A program made the position numbers and the translations under genes. Below, piece after piece: positions 62,794 through 64,000 of a stretch of 64,000 nt of DNA. Position 1 is the first letter of the stretch, and each line of letters starts with the position of its first letter. The DNA is taken from NCBI RefSeq assembly GCF_006345805.1, contig NC_042999.1, forward strand, positions 166,470,001 to 166,534,000. Direction: 5' to 3'. The stretch comes from Octopus sinensis (Eukaryota). The notes beneath the pieces are model-generated. The model was not told the origin of the DNA. It was given only the letters and a program-made list of their open reading frames with translations, and did not search any database.

Positions 62794-63024
62794 CCCTTCG
62801 CCTGTCCTGAGTATCACATGTGAGACACAGGCCATATTTCCCTGCCATCCATGCATTATATATGATACACATTCCAAATTTTTTACAACCATCAAAGTAA
62901 TCTGCGATTTAGAAAGGGGAAACGTTATAATGCTTAGAACGTATGAAATGGGCAAACTAAAAGCTTGAGAACAAGCATGGACATTCAGGACAAACTTATG
63001 AAAATGCTTTGGACAGATAAAGGG
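62794..63024. mobile_element. TTAA-flanked MITE (family 3)
   Basis: TTAA|CCCTTCGCCTGTCC...GGACAGATAAAGGG|TTAA. Confidence 0.7.
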
Positions 63025-64000
63025 TTAATTCATACTGCAGCATATTCTGGAGAAAACTCATTCATGCTGACCAAAACAAAAACAAAACAGCTCAACCTTA
63101 ATTACTTCTTGGCCCCACTCCACCCCTGTAGGATTACAAACATTAATAAATCCTAATAAGTACAGCTGTCATGAACTGAGACCGTTTCCTCAGGCTTCCA
63201 ATGCTGTCGCTGTAAAACTTCAATTCATTAAAAAATTAGGATAAAAAGAAATAAATGACCGAAGCAAAACAAATGGGATGTATATATATATAAAACCATT
63301 ACAATCTCAAACTTAACAAAAACAAAGCATATATGGTATACAGGATATGTTTGCATATTTCTGTCAGAGATCTGCTCTGATAAAGCTGACAAAAGCAATT
63401 CAACAGAATTATGTTACAAAAATGAGAAGCTGGGAATTTTCTATTTTTAACCAATAGAGAAAGATTACTCACTGCACTTGTGCGTGCATGCATGCATTTA
63501 TTTGTGCATGGTGTGGCTGTATAGATGCATCACATGTTAGTTTTGACAATGAGTAACTTAGGTGTTCCATCAAAGCACATTGTATCAGTGTGAGTGGCCG
63601 AGTATTCCAGACACCGGTGCTTTTAACACAAGTACTCAGACACACTTAGACGATGTATATGACAAGACTGAGCCTCTGAATTACAACTACCGTCATTTGA
63701 TTAGCTTAAACACAGTTTTGATCAACTTAATTTCACTCACAAGGTTTGGGTTGATTTTGAGCTTTATAGAAGATACTGCATAAGATACTGTGTGTATACA
63801 AACAAACATACACTCCTAGCATTGACAAGGTAAATTGCGCTTTTCTAAGATAGCCAATCAAAAGTTTTAGCAAGTGAAATCAATTTGTGAGAGTGAAAAA
63901 AATGACAATCAAATCTCTCTTATATCACACCTCACCATCTTAAAAAAGGGTAAAGACAAACTGAATATATTGTTCAGCAAGAGAGAGAGAGAGAGAGAGA

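Overview
Eukaryotic, AT-rich, repeat-dense genomic DNA. The SINE and LINE families and the abundant (TA)n/(CA)n microsatellites suggest an octopod cephalopod (inference). It contains one 100-N assembly gap at 34531-34630. Two host genes converge. (1) On the minus strand is TAF6L (SAGA histone-fold/HEAT subunit): seven coding exons were reconstructed by hand between 60258 and 43917, and the 5' exons are probably outside the window. One exon is 1 nt short of frame, and the last exon carries a long charged extension. (2) On the plus strand are the last two coding exons (7869-7985, 14778-14866) of an unidentified gene. The rest is a mosaic of tRNA-derived SINEs, RTE- and CR1-clade LINEs, a Tx1/L1-like ORF1 relic, non-autonomous Helitrons, TTAA (piggyBac-type) and Tc1/mariner MITEs, and microsatellites. 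The most striking unexplained signal is four unrelated short elements that each fold into a minimal type I hammerhead ribozyme with a (near-)palindromic stem III. One is a 1.5-mer of a 333-bp unit bounded by an exact 15-bp target-site duplication. One has a G3-C8 swapped catalytic core. Two sit in foldback (inverted) arrangements. Together they look like a diverse Penelope-associated/retrozyme-like RNA system. All coordinates, alignments and folds were done by eye; no database search was run.
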